Assembly (NCBI GenBank): GCA_964187785.1
Contig: OZ076417.1
Location: forward strand, 34,224,001-34,288,000
Direction of reading: 5' to 3'
DNA length: 64,000 nucleotides
Origin: Amphiscolops sp. MND2022
Lineage: Eukaryota
The notes beneath the pieces are model-generated. The model saw only the letters and a list, made by a program, of their open reading frames with translations. It was not told the origin of the DNA and searched no databases. Of the stretch, positions 33,158-47,600 are shown one piece after another (within the stretch, counting starts at the first letter, position 1; every line of letters begins with the position of its first letter). Both the position numbers and the translations under genes were made by a program.

Positions 33158-33449
33158 CAAAAATCTGGTGTATAAACTTTAAACCGCAATATCTCCTAAA
33201 CTATTCAAGTCCGTCAAACGATTCATGGCGCGTTCGAAAGAAGACAATCAGGGCTTTCAACAATTCAATTTGAATTTTGAACTGGGTCCGGACTTTGTGC
33301 AAAGTTTTGGCGCAAAGTCCGGACCCAGTTCAAAATTCAAATTGAATTGTTGAAAGCCCTGATTGTCTTTCGAACGCGCCATGAATCGTTTGTCGGACTT
33401 GAATAGTTTAGGAGATATTGCGGTTTAAAGTTTATACACCAGATTTTTG
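33158..33449. repeat. Near-perfect 292-bp foldback palindrome
   Basis: ~140-bp arms with a ~9-nt loop, about two mismatches and one 2-nt indel; no TSD seen. Confidence 0.92.
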
Positions 33450-33802
33450 ACGCATCGTGTCTCTGATTGCATTTCAGCGTGTTTCAACTCATGCTAGGGT
33501 CACTTTGACCCAAGCTTGATACCAGTGGGATAAATGGGCCAGAAAACGGAAAATCTGTGCTCGATTTTTTTCTGATTTCTTGGTCCCATTTTCATGATTT
33601 CGGAGACATCATGTCAATATTCCGTGAATTGGCGTGCAATGCTATGTCAAATTGTCTGAAAATCTTATTCAAGAGATTTTTTCACCAGACGGTCAGCTGG
33701 TGCGTTTAGAAGTTTGCAGAAATTAACTGGTACGAAATCGTACCATGGTCCATTTAGGGTTAATAGTTCAACGACTGAAGTGAAAGATTCTCTCCTTTCC
33801 AG

Positions 33803-33932
33803 GCATGGTGCATGCTGGCACGTGGTTGTGGGTCAGAAGTTCGGCCTTGAAGTATCCCACGAAGCTGCCAGCATCTTGTACGCATTCTTCAGAAACAGCA
33901 CCCTTGCAATATGCTTGTGGAAGTGCTCCTGA
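33803..33932 (+). CDS. DNAL4: Dynein axonemal light chain 4-like, exon 3
   Basis: Acceptor CTCCTTTCCAG at 33802. (K)HGACWHVVVGQKFGLEVSHEAASILYAFFRNSTLAICLWKCS* has the DNAL4-type WKCS end. The phase matches exon 2; the spliced product is 188 aa. Confidence 0.9.
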
Positions 33933-35242
33933 CATGCCTGTCCCTTCGACCCTATTTTACACCCTCACCCCTTGATCGGCAGTTTTTCTGCACAGCGCCA
34001 TCGTTCCTTCAATTTCGTTCACTTCTTATTCTTGTCCTTCCCAACTTGCGGTGTTTTTGGAAGTTGCCAAAGTAGTTGAAAGTTTTTGTTCCTTGTCCAT
34101 ATACGATTCTACCGATTCCTTTTGTCCACTGCCCGGTTATTGAAAAGGGACAGTGCAATAAAATTGAAACGATGAATGATTGATTCTGCTGAATTAAGTA
34201 CCTGAGTAAAATGTAAGATTATAAAGTAGTGGTCAATAAACGTTGAGAAGGGTACGAAAGAGGCTCGTTCTTACCTGACCGTAGTCTTGAAATTAGCCGT
34301 CGGTTTGTTAACTGAATCTTGAAAGCGTTTCTAGTTATCGTGACGTTTTCCAAGATGGACTAGTGGACATGACTGCATTTGTGCTTTAAGTCTGTTGCTC
34401 ACAAATCGATCTTGATCTTGCTGAATCTAAAACACTTGGTTTTTTTGTTGTTGAGTTTTAGCTCAGCCCTTTGCATTAGTTTGTTCAGATTTTCAAGGAA
34501 AAACGCTTTTCTCAGCTTAAGGAAAATTGAAAATTGAGTATCTGAGTTTGCACTCAACCTATTTGAAGAGCAAGTTACATCCTAATTAGCCAATTATATT
34601 TATTTGCTCTTTCCGCAAGCTATGATGCCTCTGTTAATATGTTAATATCACTACTTTAGACAGCTGCGTAAAAATGCCGTCATCGAAGCCTTTGTCCAGT
34701 CGCTGGTCGATTTCTGAAATTCACTACTGCCAGTGATGATTATATTCCGCAATAAACCGTTCAGCTAGTTTCTCCACTTTTTCTTTCTCCTGGTGTCATC
34801 AAACTAACGTTGCCAATCACTCCTTATACAATGCTATATATCTTCTGCTTTGTGCTACATTTGCAATAATAATTTTACTTTTATACTTATTGAATAGCAG
34901 CAGAAATTTTTCAGTTTGAATTTTGAACACGGTTGAGTTTAGAAATAGTTTGCACATTTATTGAATGAAAATAAAAATATTTATCTCATTTCAGTTTCAT
35001 TTGTTAGCCCACTCAACTTTTCAGTAGTGTGAAAAATGATTCGGCTCCTGTTTGGGAAGAAGATTCGAACAAAAATCTTATTGTTTTCAAGAGAACTTTA
35101 TGGCAAATATTACTCAAGAAAACCATATCACCAAAAATTCAGTTTGTAAATTGAATTATTCTGTTCAATCACTCAAATTATTGAATTATAAAGTTTCTGG
35201 ATATATGCCAGAGATATCCCATTACGATACACATCCCGGTAA

Positions 35243-36010
35243 CGAACTAGCAGGATCCTGCTAGTTCGATTTTTGTCCAATCAGAGCGCGAATATTTTTT
35301 TTGGAAGTTTTACACTTGTCACACGTTACGCGCCATTAGTTCGGGCCGATGAACTCTTCTCCGCATTGGGTGTAGAGATCATCAAAATTTTTATGATGCT
35401 TTTCAAACAGTTTTTTGAAACGAAAAAACTCCATAAATTTTTGATATTAATGCCGTGCACCGGGACAGGCCAATTTTTCGGAAGACGCGCGGAATTTTCG
35501 GTCAGCCAGTTTTTAGGAGTGGGAAAAAATTTTTGGCTACTTATGCAATCTTACCTTTTTGCTCCCCCTTTAAATGAAAATTTCAAATTCCTCAAAAACT
35601 CCATTCTATTTTCGTGAAATTTTGCACAGTCAATCTACACTTAAAGGGGCTCGTGCGTGTGCAATGGCATCAAAATCGTATGACTGGGATGTGAGAAACA
35701 GCTTAAAATGGCCAAAAAACAAGACTGTCCATACGATTCGAACCTAATTTCCACAATCATTCTAAACCATATTGGGACCCTATGTGCACAATGGCATCAA
35801 AATCGTTTGACTGGGATCTGAGAAACGAAGCCAAAATTAGTCCAAAAAATTGCCAATTTTGTACTTTTTCGATTTTCTCAAATACTGTTTGAAAGTCTTT
35901 ACACTATATGGCATCATATGTGCATTTTCATCAAAATCGTTTGACTGGGATTCGAGCGAGTCAAATGGAAAAAGACCTAATCCGACTCCCCTACCTCACA
36001 TGCGGCACTG
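35243..36010. repeat. Non-coding repeat element starting at a 26-bp perfect palindrome and containing ~3 internal ~120-bp subrepeats
   Basis: CGAACTAGCAGGATCCTGCTAGTTCG at 35243-35268; CATCAAAATCGTWTGACTGGGAT at ~35668, ~35796 and ~35929. Confidence 0.62.
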
Positions 36011-36029
36011 GTTATGTTTGCTGCCAATT

Positions 36030-36278
36030 ATGGGCTGCAGCATTATCCTGTTGAAATTTTTTCCCAAAAACTTTTCCTGGAAGAGGTTTTTACAGAATGT
36101 GCAAATATTCGGTTGAATTAATTGGGCCAGTGATTTTTACTAAACATCGTCGACCATCATATGTGATGAAACCCCATAACATGCTTTTTTCCCCACCATA
36201 TTTTTGCCTTTGTGAAACATTTCGACTCGAGCTAAGTATTGGGCAATCGACTGGCATATTTCTTCTGTTCGGATGCAT
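36030..36278 (-). pseudogene. Tc1/mariner transposase remnant
   Basis: QKYGGEKSMLWGFITYDG...ITGPINSTEYLHIL followed by FQQDNAAAH, the second catalytic Asp motif. Confidence 0.8.
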
Positions 36279-37427
36279 GTTTTGTAATTAGTTCAACGAA
36301 CAGAATTCTGAAGCAAGGAAAGTTCTTTCCAGCCAGTAGATTTTTCATGGTCGGAAATTGTTTGTCAGGGCAACATTTGCCCGTGAAGCATGCTTAATTT
36401 TTCGAATTAAGTTGATTGAGCAACTTGGTAGTGGTTTTGAATCTTTTTAGAGTAAAATCTGGATTTTTCAATATCACAGTTTATGATATTATCTTTCCTT
36501 GGAAGGCTGCCAATATGATGTAAGTCAGATGATTATTTACAGAAAGCGAGTTTGCCTAGTGACTTTTTAGTCTTGAGGAAAAAAATAATGAAACGCGACT
36601 ATTATAATAGTAGTTTTTCGTGTGGTTTTTTCAAGCCATGAAAGATCTACTTCAGCTGAAGATGTAAAGAGGGTCAAAAAGGTTTAAAATACCTTTATTT
36701 TATGACATTTTTATTTGACCTAAAATGCTCTGCTTTTGCTCTTTTTAGGTATTTTCTTGATTTGATTTTTTCGGCACTTAGATTTGTTTTTTTTTCAAAA
36801 ACATTTCCCAAACGATTCGAAGTTTTGATATATTTTGAAGCCTTGAGCGGGCGCCGACTTGTTATTCCCGGCTTGTTAAAACTTCTCAATACTATCTTCA
36901 AACGAGTAATGAAAAAGGTCCTAATTTGTAATTAGTATTCATCCTCTTTCAAATTCTTAGCACTTGTTTTCTAATTCTCTCCACAGTAGAGGAATTTATA
37001 GATCACACAGGATCTCAATTCCGCAGACTAAAGTAAATTATGGGAAAATTTGTTCGTGAGGGGAATAGAGGGAAAAGTTTACAATGCCGGCAATATCATG
37101 AAACCAGATAATGATGTCTTTTTAGCGATCTCCAAATTTCAGCGACTGTTCTGAACCTTGATTCTCGTAATCCCGGCAAACTACTTTTGTTTGATTTGAA
37201 ATGCGTGGGTTTGAGAATCATCAGATTATGGAACGTTCACAATGCCCTTGATATCTAGTTTTCTTAGTATTCGTCATTTCAGTTAAGCGTTTGTTCACAG
37301 ATATCTGTAGGCAATATTGAAAGGCATCTCAGTTCAGCTGTTTTTGAAGAACCCTTACTTTTGTTTGAAAAAAAAAACAGCGATTGAAAATTCTGGAAGA
37401 TGTCTGTGTAAGTATAAATATTTTCAG

Positions 37428-37639
37428 ATAGTAGCGTTGAGAAGATGTACTGGAGTGACTCGCCAATTGCACGCTATGTGAGGAACTTTAGAGACAGCGA
37501 AATGTGGCAGAAGAAGGAAGTGAAAAGTGCTGTGGAGGCTGGATTGGAGGCCACCGCCTTCACTGGGGCATTCCTCTACTACTACAGTCGAAAGACCCCC
37601 TCTGCACTTAGACTAGCTCTCAGGTTGGCGCAGCACTAA
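37428..37639 (+). CDS. Possible terminal coding exon of an unidentified gene
   Basis: Acceptor TTTTCAG at 37427 and an open, GC-elevated frame to TAA at 37639; upstream exons not found. Confidence 0.35.
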
Positions 37640-38681
37640 CCATGTATCTATCATCTACAAGCGAAGCATTTCATTCAAATTCAGTTATAAAAGATAATTC
37701 ATTTGCGTTTTCTTTCAAGTTAAGCATAATGAGTAGAGTAACCATTGCCTTAGCATCAAAATGGACTTGAAAATAGTGTCAAAGTCTTCAACATGGGCAA
37801 ATGCCACATTTGTTTCTATCACTTCACTTTGAGTTTTGGATACGCATGGCGCTTTTTGTTCAAAATGAGATGGTGTCTCAAAGTGGAAAATATTTATCGA
37901 TAATTTGTATAGATTTACTACAATTGTAATGGAAAAATGTTGCTGTGATCAAAACTTAAGTAGTCAGTTTTTATACTACGCCATAATCATCTATCTCATT
38001 ATCCTACTCATTACCCACCGAGCATTTCCTAGACTATAACAGGTTATCTTAATTCTGACACGGCTTCCATCATGATGAACCAAAACCGAAAATGTAAACG
38101 TCGGATAAAAGATGGTTTCACAATTTCTGCAACTCCAGACTTTTTGCGAATTAGGATGCGAACAGAACTGAGAATGCAACATTAAGCATATTTTCCGAAA
38201 ATGCACTTTGAAAATCAGAACTCCACTGCGGTCATTAGGTTCCAAGACCTCATACCAATTTCCATCTTTACTTTATACACAATCTCATTTCACTGCCACC
38301 GTTGTGATTGGTGCATGTTTTAGAACTGGTGCTGTTTTTGGAGGTTGGTTCACTGTGTCTTATCTCCTCAACGTTAATTACTTTTTCGACAAGCCGATGT
38401 CCTATTACAAGACCATGGAAATTGGATCCAAACCCAGACCCGAAATATACGAAGATCTATCCCGCGTAGGAAACCTCTCACCTCAATCTTTGATCCGATG
38501 AACTTAAAACTGTGCACAACTGACTCAAAACTTACAAGGATGTACACGAACATACGAACATTTTGAATTATTCCACAGTTTAGGCAAAAAATTCTCTTCA
38601 TCACTTTTCTTCCTTTCAATTTTTTGATGAATACCAGACTTTGGGTAAAACAAGTCAGGGATGACCCAAGTCAGCGACCGT

Positions 38682-41600
38682 TTAATACTTAAAAACGGCA
38701 AAGTATTTTAAATATGCCTAAGAACCACTATTGCGAAACTTCTTGTCAATCATACAGTGCCAACAAATACCCGGAAGCCCAAATTTATGGTACCTTTTAC
38801 GAACAAAACTAACAGTGTCGAAATCCCTGAAGGGGGCTCCTTCAGGCTGGCAAAACGCTTTGTCCCAACTGATAACATCAAAAAATCAAAAGGGGACAGT
38901 CTACTAAAAATATCAAGATAATCGGCATTATTTCATCAGTCGGTTTGCAGTCATTTTGACTGCCAACCATCTTTGATTGTTCTGCTCGTATAGTTTAATG
39001 CTTGGATACATGTACTGCTCGAGTTGGATCAAATCATCTTCGCATTGAACTAATTTCAGCGACTGCCATTTTAACCTCATCAAATTTATTCAGTCTGATT
39101 AATATTGAATTAGATGCATGAGTGCTAAAATAATTGAAAGATTAAGAGAATAAAATTACCCACTGTCAAATTTTATCATAGTTCAAGCTCTGATTTTTGA
39201 TGTTAATACTTAAAAACAGCAAAGTATTTTAAATATGCTGAAGAACCACTATTGCGAAACTTCTTGTCAATCATACAGTGCCAACAAATACCCGGAAACC
39301 CAAATTTATAGTACCTTTTACGAACAAAACTAACAGTGTCGAAATCCCTGAAGGGGGCTCCTTCAGGCTGGCAAAACGCTTTGTGCCAACTGATAACATC
39401 AAAAAATCAAAAGGGGACAGTCTACTAAAAATATCAAGATAATCGGCATTATTTCATCAGTCGGTTTGCAGTCATTTTGACTGCCAACCATCTTTGATTG
39501 TTCTGCTCGTATAGTTTAATGCTTGCATACATGTAATACTCGAGTTGGATCAAATCATCTTCGCATTGAACTAATTTCAGCGACTGCCATTTTTACCTCA
39601 TCAAATTTATTCAGTCTGATTAATATTGAATTAGATGCATGAGTGCTAAAATAATTGAAAGATTAGAGAATGAAATTACCTACTGGCAAATTTTATCATA
39701 GTTCAAGCTCTGATTTTTGATGTTCATACTTAAAAACAGCAAAGTATTTTAAATATGCTGAAGAACCACTATTGCGAAACTTCTTGTCAATCATACAGTG
39801 CCAACAAGTACCCGGAAACCCAAATTTATAATACCTTTTACGAACAAAACTAACAGTGTCGAAATCCCTGAAGGGGGCTCCTTCAGGCTGGCAAAACGCT
39901 TTGTGCCAACTGATAACATCAAAAATCAAAAGGGGACAGTCTACTAAAAATATCAAGATAATCGGCATTATTCCATCAGTCGGTTTGCAGTCATTTTGAC
40001 TGCCAACCATCTTTGATTGTTCTGCTCGTATAGTTTAATGCTTGCATACATGTAATACTCGAGTTGGATCAAATCATCTTCGCATTGAACTAATTGCAGC
40101 GACTGCCATTTTTACCTCATCAATTTTATTCAGTATGATTAATATTGAATTAGATGCATGAGTGCTAAAATAATTGAAAGATAAGAGAATGAAATTACCT
40201 ACTGGCAAATTTTATCATAGTTCAAGCTCTGATTTTTGATGTTAATACTTAAAAACAGCAAAGTATTTTAAATATGCTGGAGAACCACTATTGCGAAACT
40301 TCTTGTCAATCATACAGTGCCAACAAATACCCGGAAGCCCAAATTTATGGTACCTTTTACGAACAAAACTAACAGTGTCGAAATCCCTGAAGGGGGCTCC
40401 TTCAGGCTGGCAAAACGCTTTGACCCAACTGATAACATCAAAAAATGAAAAGGGGACAGTCTACTAAAAATATCAAGATAATCGGCATTATTTCATCAGT
40501 CGGTTTGCAGTCATTTTGACTGCCGAACATCTTTGATTGTTCTGCTCGTATAGTTTAATGCTTGCATACATGTACTACTCGAGTTGGCTCAAATCATCTT
40601 CGCATTGAACTAATTTCAGCGACTGCCATTTTTACCTCATCAAATGTATTCAGTCTGATTAATATTGAATTAGATGCATGAGTGCTAAAATAATTGAAAG
40701 ATTAGAGACTGAAATTACCTACTGTCAAATTTTATCATAGTTCAAGCTCTGATTTTTGATGTTAATACTTAAAAACAGCAAAGTATTTTAAATATGCTGA
40801 AGAACCACTATTGCGAAACTTCTTGTCAATCATACAGTGCCAACAAATACCCGAAAACCCAAATTTATGGTACCTTTTACGAACAAAACTAACAGTGTCG
40901 AAATCCCTGGAGGCGGCTCCTTCAGGCTGGCAAAACGCTTTGACCCAACTGATAACATCAAAAAATGAAAAGGGGACAGTCTACTGAAAATATCAAGATA
41001 ATCGGCATTATTTCATCAGTCGGTTTGCAGTCATTTTGACTGCCAACCATCTTTGATTGTTCTGCTCGTATAGTTTAATGCTTGCATACATGTACTACTC
41101 GAGTTGGCTCAAATCATCTTCGCATTGAACTAATTTCAGCGACTGCCATTTTTACCTCAACAAATGTATTCAGTCTGATTTATATTGAATAAGATGCATG
41201 AGTGCTAAAATAATTGAAAGATTAGAGAATAAAATTACCTACTGTCAAATTTTATCATAGTTCAAGCTCTGATTTTTGATGGTAATACTTAAAAACAGCA
41301 AAGTATTTTAAATATGCTGAAGAACCACTATTGCGAAACTACTTGTCAATCATACAGTGCCAACAAATACCCGGAAACCCAAATTTATAGTACCTTTTAC
41401 GAACAAAACTAACAGTGTCGAAATCCCTGAAGGGGGCTCCTTCAGGCTGGCAAAACGCTTTGACCCAACTGATAACATCAAAAAATGAAAAGGGGACAGT
41501 CTACTGAAAATATCAAGATAATCGGCATTATTTCATCAGTCGGTTTGCAGTCATTTTGACTGCCAACCATCTTTGATTGTTCTGCTCGTATAGTTTAATG

Positions 41601-44600
41601 CTTGCATACATGTACTACTCGAGTTGGCTCAAATCATCTTCGCATTGAACTAATTTCAGCGACTGCCATTTTTACCTCATCAAATGTATTCAGTCTGATT
41701 AATATTGAATTAGATGCATGAGTGCTAAAATAATTGAAAGATTAGAGACTGAAATTACCTACTGTCAAATTTTATCATAGTTCAAGCTCTGATTTTTGAT
41801 GTTGATACTTAAAAACAGCAAAGTATTTTAAATATGCTGAAGAACCACTATTGCGAAACTTGTCAATCATACAGTGCCAACAAATACCCGAAAACCCAAA
41901 TTTATGGTACCTTTTACGAACAAAACTAACAGTGTCGGAATCCCTGAAGGGGGCTACTTCAGGCTGGCAAAACGCTTTGACCCAACTGATAACATCAAAA
42001 AATGAAAAGGGGACAGTCTACTAAAATATCAAGATAATCGGCATTATTTCATCAGTCGGTTAGCAGTCATTTTGACTGCCAACCATCTTTGATTGTTCTG
42101 CTCGTATAGTTTAATGCTTGCATACATGTACTACTCGAGTTGGCTCAAATCATCTTCGCATTGAACTAATTTCAGCGACTGCCATTTTTACCTCATCAAA
42201 TGTATTCAGTCTGATTAATATTGAATTAGATGCATGAGTGCTAAAATAATTGAAAGATTAGAGAATAAAATTACCTACTGTCAAATTTTATCATAGTTCA
42301 AGCTCTGATTTTTGATGTTAATACTTAAAAACAGCAAAGTATTTTAAATATGCTGAAGAACCACTATTGCGAAACTTGTCAATCATACAGTGCCAACAAA
42401 TACCCGAAAACCCAAATTTATGGTACCTTTTACGAACAAAACTAACAGTGTCGGAATCCCTGAAGGGGGCTACTTCAGGCTGGCAAAACGCTTTGACCCA
42501 ACTGATAACATCAAAAAATGAAAAGGGGACAGTCTACTAAAATATCAAGATAATCGGCATTATTTCATCAGTCGGTTTGCAGTCATTTTGACTGCCAACC
42601 ATCTTTGATTGTTCTGCTCGTATAGTTTAATGCTTGCATACATGTACTACTCGAGTTGGCTCAAATCATCTTCGCATTGAACTAATTTCAGCGACTGCCA
42701 TTTTTACCTCATCAAATGTATTCAGTCTGATTAATATTGAATTAGATGCATGAGTGCTAAAATAATTGAAAGATTAGAGAATAAAATTACCTACTGTCAA
42801 ATTTTATCATAGTTCAAGCTCTGATTTTTGATGTTAATACTTAAAAACAGCAAAGTATTTTAAATATGCTGAAGAACCACTATTGCGAAACTGCTTGTCA
42901 ATCATACAGTGCCAACAAATACCCGGAAACCCAAATTTATAGTACCTTTTACGAACAAAACTAACAGTGTCGAAATCCCTGAAGGGGGCTCCTTCAGGCT
43001 GGCAAAACGCTTTGACCCAACTGATAACATCAAAAAATGAAAAGGGGACAGTCTACTAAAAATATCAAGATAATCGGCATTATTTCATCAGTCGGTTTGC
43101 AGTCATTTTGACTGCCAACCATCTTTGATTGTTCTGCTCGTATAGTTTAATGCTTGCATACATGTACTACTCGAGTTGGCTCAAATCATCTTCGCATTCA
43201 ACTAATTTCAGCGACTGCCATTTTTACCTCATCAAATGTATTCAGTCTGATTAATATTGAGTTAGATGCATGAGTGCTAAAATAATTGAAAGATTAGAGA
43301 CTGAAATTACCTACTGTCAAATTTTATCATAGTTCAAGCTCTGATTTTTGATGTTGATACTTAAAAACAGCAAAGTATTTTAAATATGCTGAAGAACCAC
43401 TATTGCGAAACTTGTCAATCATACAGTGCCAACAAATACCCGAAAACCCAAATTTATGGTACCTTTTACGAACAAAACTAACAGTGTCGGAATCCCTGAA
43501 GGGGGCTACTTCAGGCTGGCAAAACGCTTTGACCCAACTGATAACATCAAAAAATGAAAAGGAGACAGTCTACTAAAAATATCAAGATAATCGGCATTAT
43601 TTCACCAGTCGGTTTGCAGTCATTTTGACTGCCAACCATCTTTGATTGTTCTGCTCGTATAGTTTAATGCTTGCATACATGTACTACTCGAGTTGGCTCA
43701 AATCATCTTCGCATTGAACTAATTTCAGCGACTGCCATTTTTACCTCATCAAATGTATTCAGTCTGATTAATATTGAATTAGATGCATGAGTGCTAAAAT
43801 AATTGAAAGATTAGAGAATAAAATTACCTACTGTCAAATTTTATCATAGTTCAAGCTCTGATTTTTGATGTTAATACTTAAAAACAGCAAAGTATTTTAA
43901 ATATGCTGAAGAACCACTATTGCGAAACTTCTTGTCAATCATACAGTGCCAACAAATACCCGGAAACCCAAATTTATAGTAGCTTTTACGAACAAAACTA
44001 ACAGTGTCGAAATCCCTGAAGGGGGCTCCTTCAGGCTGGCAAAACGCTTTGTGCCAACTGATAACATCAAAAAATCAAAAGGGGACAGTCTACTAAAAAT
44101 ATCAATATAATCGGCATTATTTCATCAGTCGGTTTGCAGTCATTTTGACTGTCAACCATCTTTGATTGTTCTGCTCGTATAGTTCAATGCTTGCATACAT
44201 GTAATACTCGAGTTGGATCAAATCATCTTCGCATTGAACTAATTCCAGCGACTGCCATTTTTACCTCATCAAATTTATTCAGTCTGATTAATATTGAATT
44301 AGATGCATGAGTGCTAAAATAATTGAAAGATTATTAAATATGCTGAAGAACCACTATTGCGAAGCTTCTTGTCAATCATACAGTGCCAACAAATACCGGG
44401 AAACCCAAATTTATAGTACCTTTTACGAACAAAACTAACAGTGTCGAAATCTATGAAGGGGGCTCCTTCAGGCTGGCAAAACGCTTTGTGCCAACTGATA
44501 ACATCAAAAAATGAAAAGGGGACAGTCTACTAAAAATATCAAGATATCGGCATTATTTCATCAGTCGGTTTGCAGTCATTTTGACTGCCAACCAGCTTTG

Positions 44601-47600
44601 ATTGTTCTGCTCGTATAGTTTAATGCTTGCATACATGTAATACTCGAGTTGGATCAAATCATCTTCGCATTGAACTAATTCCAGCGACTGCCATTTTTAC
44701 ATCATCAAATTTATTCAGTCTGATTAATATTGAATTAGATGCATGAGTGCTAAAATAATTGAAAGATTATTAAATATGCTGAAGAACCACTATTGCGAAA
44801 TTTCTTGTCAATCATACAGTGCCAACAAATACCGGGAAACCCAAATTTATAGTACCTTTTACGAACAAAACTAACAGTGTCGAAATCCCTGAAGGGGGCT
44901 CCTTCAGGCTGGCAAAACGCTTTGTGCCAACTGATAACATCGAAAAATCAAAAGGGGACAGTCTACTAAAAATATCAATATAATCGGCATTATTTCATCA
45001 GTCGGTTTGCAGTCATTTTGATTGTCAACCATCTTTGATTGTTCTGCTCGTATAGTTTAATGCTTGCATACATGTAATACTCGAGTTGGATCAAATCATC
45101 TTCGCATTGAACTAATTCCAGCGACTGCCATTTTTACCTCATCAAATTTATTCAGTCTGATTAATATTGAATTAGATGCATGAGTGATAAAATAATTGAA
45201 AGATTATTAAAGATGCTGAAGAACCACTATTGCGAAACTTCTTGTCAATCATACAGTGCCAACAAATACCGGGAAACCCAAATTTATAGTACCTTTTACG
45301 AACAAAACTAACAGTGTCGAAATCCCTGAAGGGGGCTCCTTCAGGCTGGCAAAACGCTTTGTGCCAACTGATAACATCAAAAAATGAAAAGGAGACAGTC
45401 TACTAAAAATATCAAGATATCGGCATTATTTCATCAGTCGGTTTGCAGTCATTTTGACTGCCAACCATCTTCGATTGTTCTGCTCGTATAGTTTAATGCT
45501 TGCATACATGTAATACTCGAGTTGGATCAAATCATCTTCGCATTGAACTAATTCCAGCGACTGCCATTTTTACCTCATCAAATTTATTCAGTCTGATTAA
45601 TATTGAATTAGATGCATGAGTGCTAAAATACTTGAAAGATTATTAAATATGCTGAAGAACCACTATTGCGAAACTTCTTGTCAATCATACAGTGCCAACA
45701 AATACCGGGAAACCCAAATTTATAGTACCTTTTACGAACAAAACTAACAGTGTCAAAATCCCTGAAGGGGGCTCCTTCAGGCTGGCAAAACGCTTTGTGC
45801 CAACTGATAACATCAAAAAAATCAAAAGGCGACAGTCTACTAAAAATATCAAGATAATCGGCATTATTTCATCAGTCGGTTTGCAGTCATTTTGACTGCC
45901 AACCGTCTTTGATTGTTCTGCTTGTATAGTTTAATGCTTGCATACATGTAATACTCGAGTTGGATCAAATCATCTTCGCATTGATTTAATTCCAGCGACT
46001 GCCATTTTTACATCATCAAATTTATTCAGTCTGATTAATAGTGAATTAGATGCATGAGTGCTAAAATAATTGAAAGATTAGAGAATGAAATTACCTACTG
46101 TCAAATTTTGTCATAGTTCAAGCTCTGATTTTTGATGTTAATACTTAAAAACAGCAAAGTGTTTTAAATATGCTGAAGAACCACTATTGCGAAACTTCTT
46201 GTCAATCATACAGTGCCAACAAATACCCGGAAACCCAAATTTATAGTACCTTTTACGAACAAAACTAACAGTGTCGAAATCCCTGAAGGGGGCTCCTTCA
46301 GGCTGGCAAAACGCTTTGTGCCAACTGCTAACATCAAAAAATGAAAAGGGGACAGTCTACTAAAAATATCAAGATATCGGCATTATTTCATCAGTCGGTT
46401 TGCAGTCATTTTGACTGCCAACCATCTTTGATTGTTCTGCTCGTATAGTTTAATGCTTGCATACATGTAATACTCGAGTTGGATCAAATCATCTTCGCAT
46501 TGAACTAATTCCAGCGACTGCCATTTTTACCTCATCAAATTTATTCAGTCTGATTAATATTGAATTAGATGCATGAGTGCTAAAATAATTGAAAGATTAT
46601 TAAATATGCTGAAGAACCACTATTGCGAAACTTCTTGTCAATCATACTGTGCCAACAAATACCGGGAAACCCAAATTTATAGTACCTTTTACGAACAAAA
46701 CTAATAGTGTCTAAATCCCTGAAGGGGGCTCCTTCAGGCTGGCAAAACGCTTTGTGCCAACTGATAACATCAAAAAATGAAAAGGAGACAGTCTACTAAA
46801 AATATCAAGATATCGGCATTATTTCATCAGTCGGTTTGCAGTCATTTTGACTGCCAACCATCTTTGATTGTTCTGCTCGTATAGTTTAATGCTTGCATAC
46901 ATGTAATACTCGAGTTGGATCAAATCATCTTCGCATTGAACTAATTCCAGCGACTGCCATTTTTACCTCATCAAATTTATTCAGTCTGATTAATATTGAA
47001 TTAGATGCATGAGTGCTAAAATAATTGAAAGATTATTAAATATGCTGAAGAACCACTATTGCGAAACTTCTTGTGAATCATACAGTGCCAACAAATACCG
47101 GGAAACCCAAATTTATAGTACCTTTTACGAACAAAACTAACAGTGTCAAAATCCCTGAAGGGGGCTCCTTCAGGCTGGCAAAACGCTTTGTGCCAACTGA
47201 TAACATCAAAAAAATCAAAAGGCGACAGTCTACTAAAAATATCAAGATAATCGGCATTATTTCATCAGTCGGTTTGCAGTCATTTTGACTGCCAACCGTC
47301 TTTGATTGTTCTGCTTGTATAGTTTAATGCTTGCATACATGTAATACTCGAGTTGGATCAAATCATCTTCGCATTGAATTAATTCCAGCGACTGCCATTT
47401 TTACATCATCAAATTTATTCAGTCTGATTAATAGTGAATTAGATGCATGAGTGCTAAAATAATTGAAAGATTAGAGAATGAAATTACCTACTGTCAAATT
47501 TTGTCATAGTTCAAGCTCTGATTTTTGATGTTAATACTTAAAAACAGCAAAGTATTTTAAATATGCTGAAGAACCACTATTGCGAAACTTCTTGTCAATC

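Noticed and set aside
33990-34900. Degenerate minus-strand gene or transposase
   Set aside because: Only short open stretches and isolated splice-like sites; no motif to support a call.
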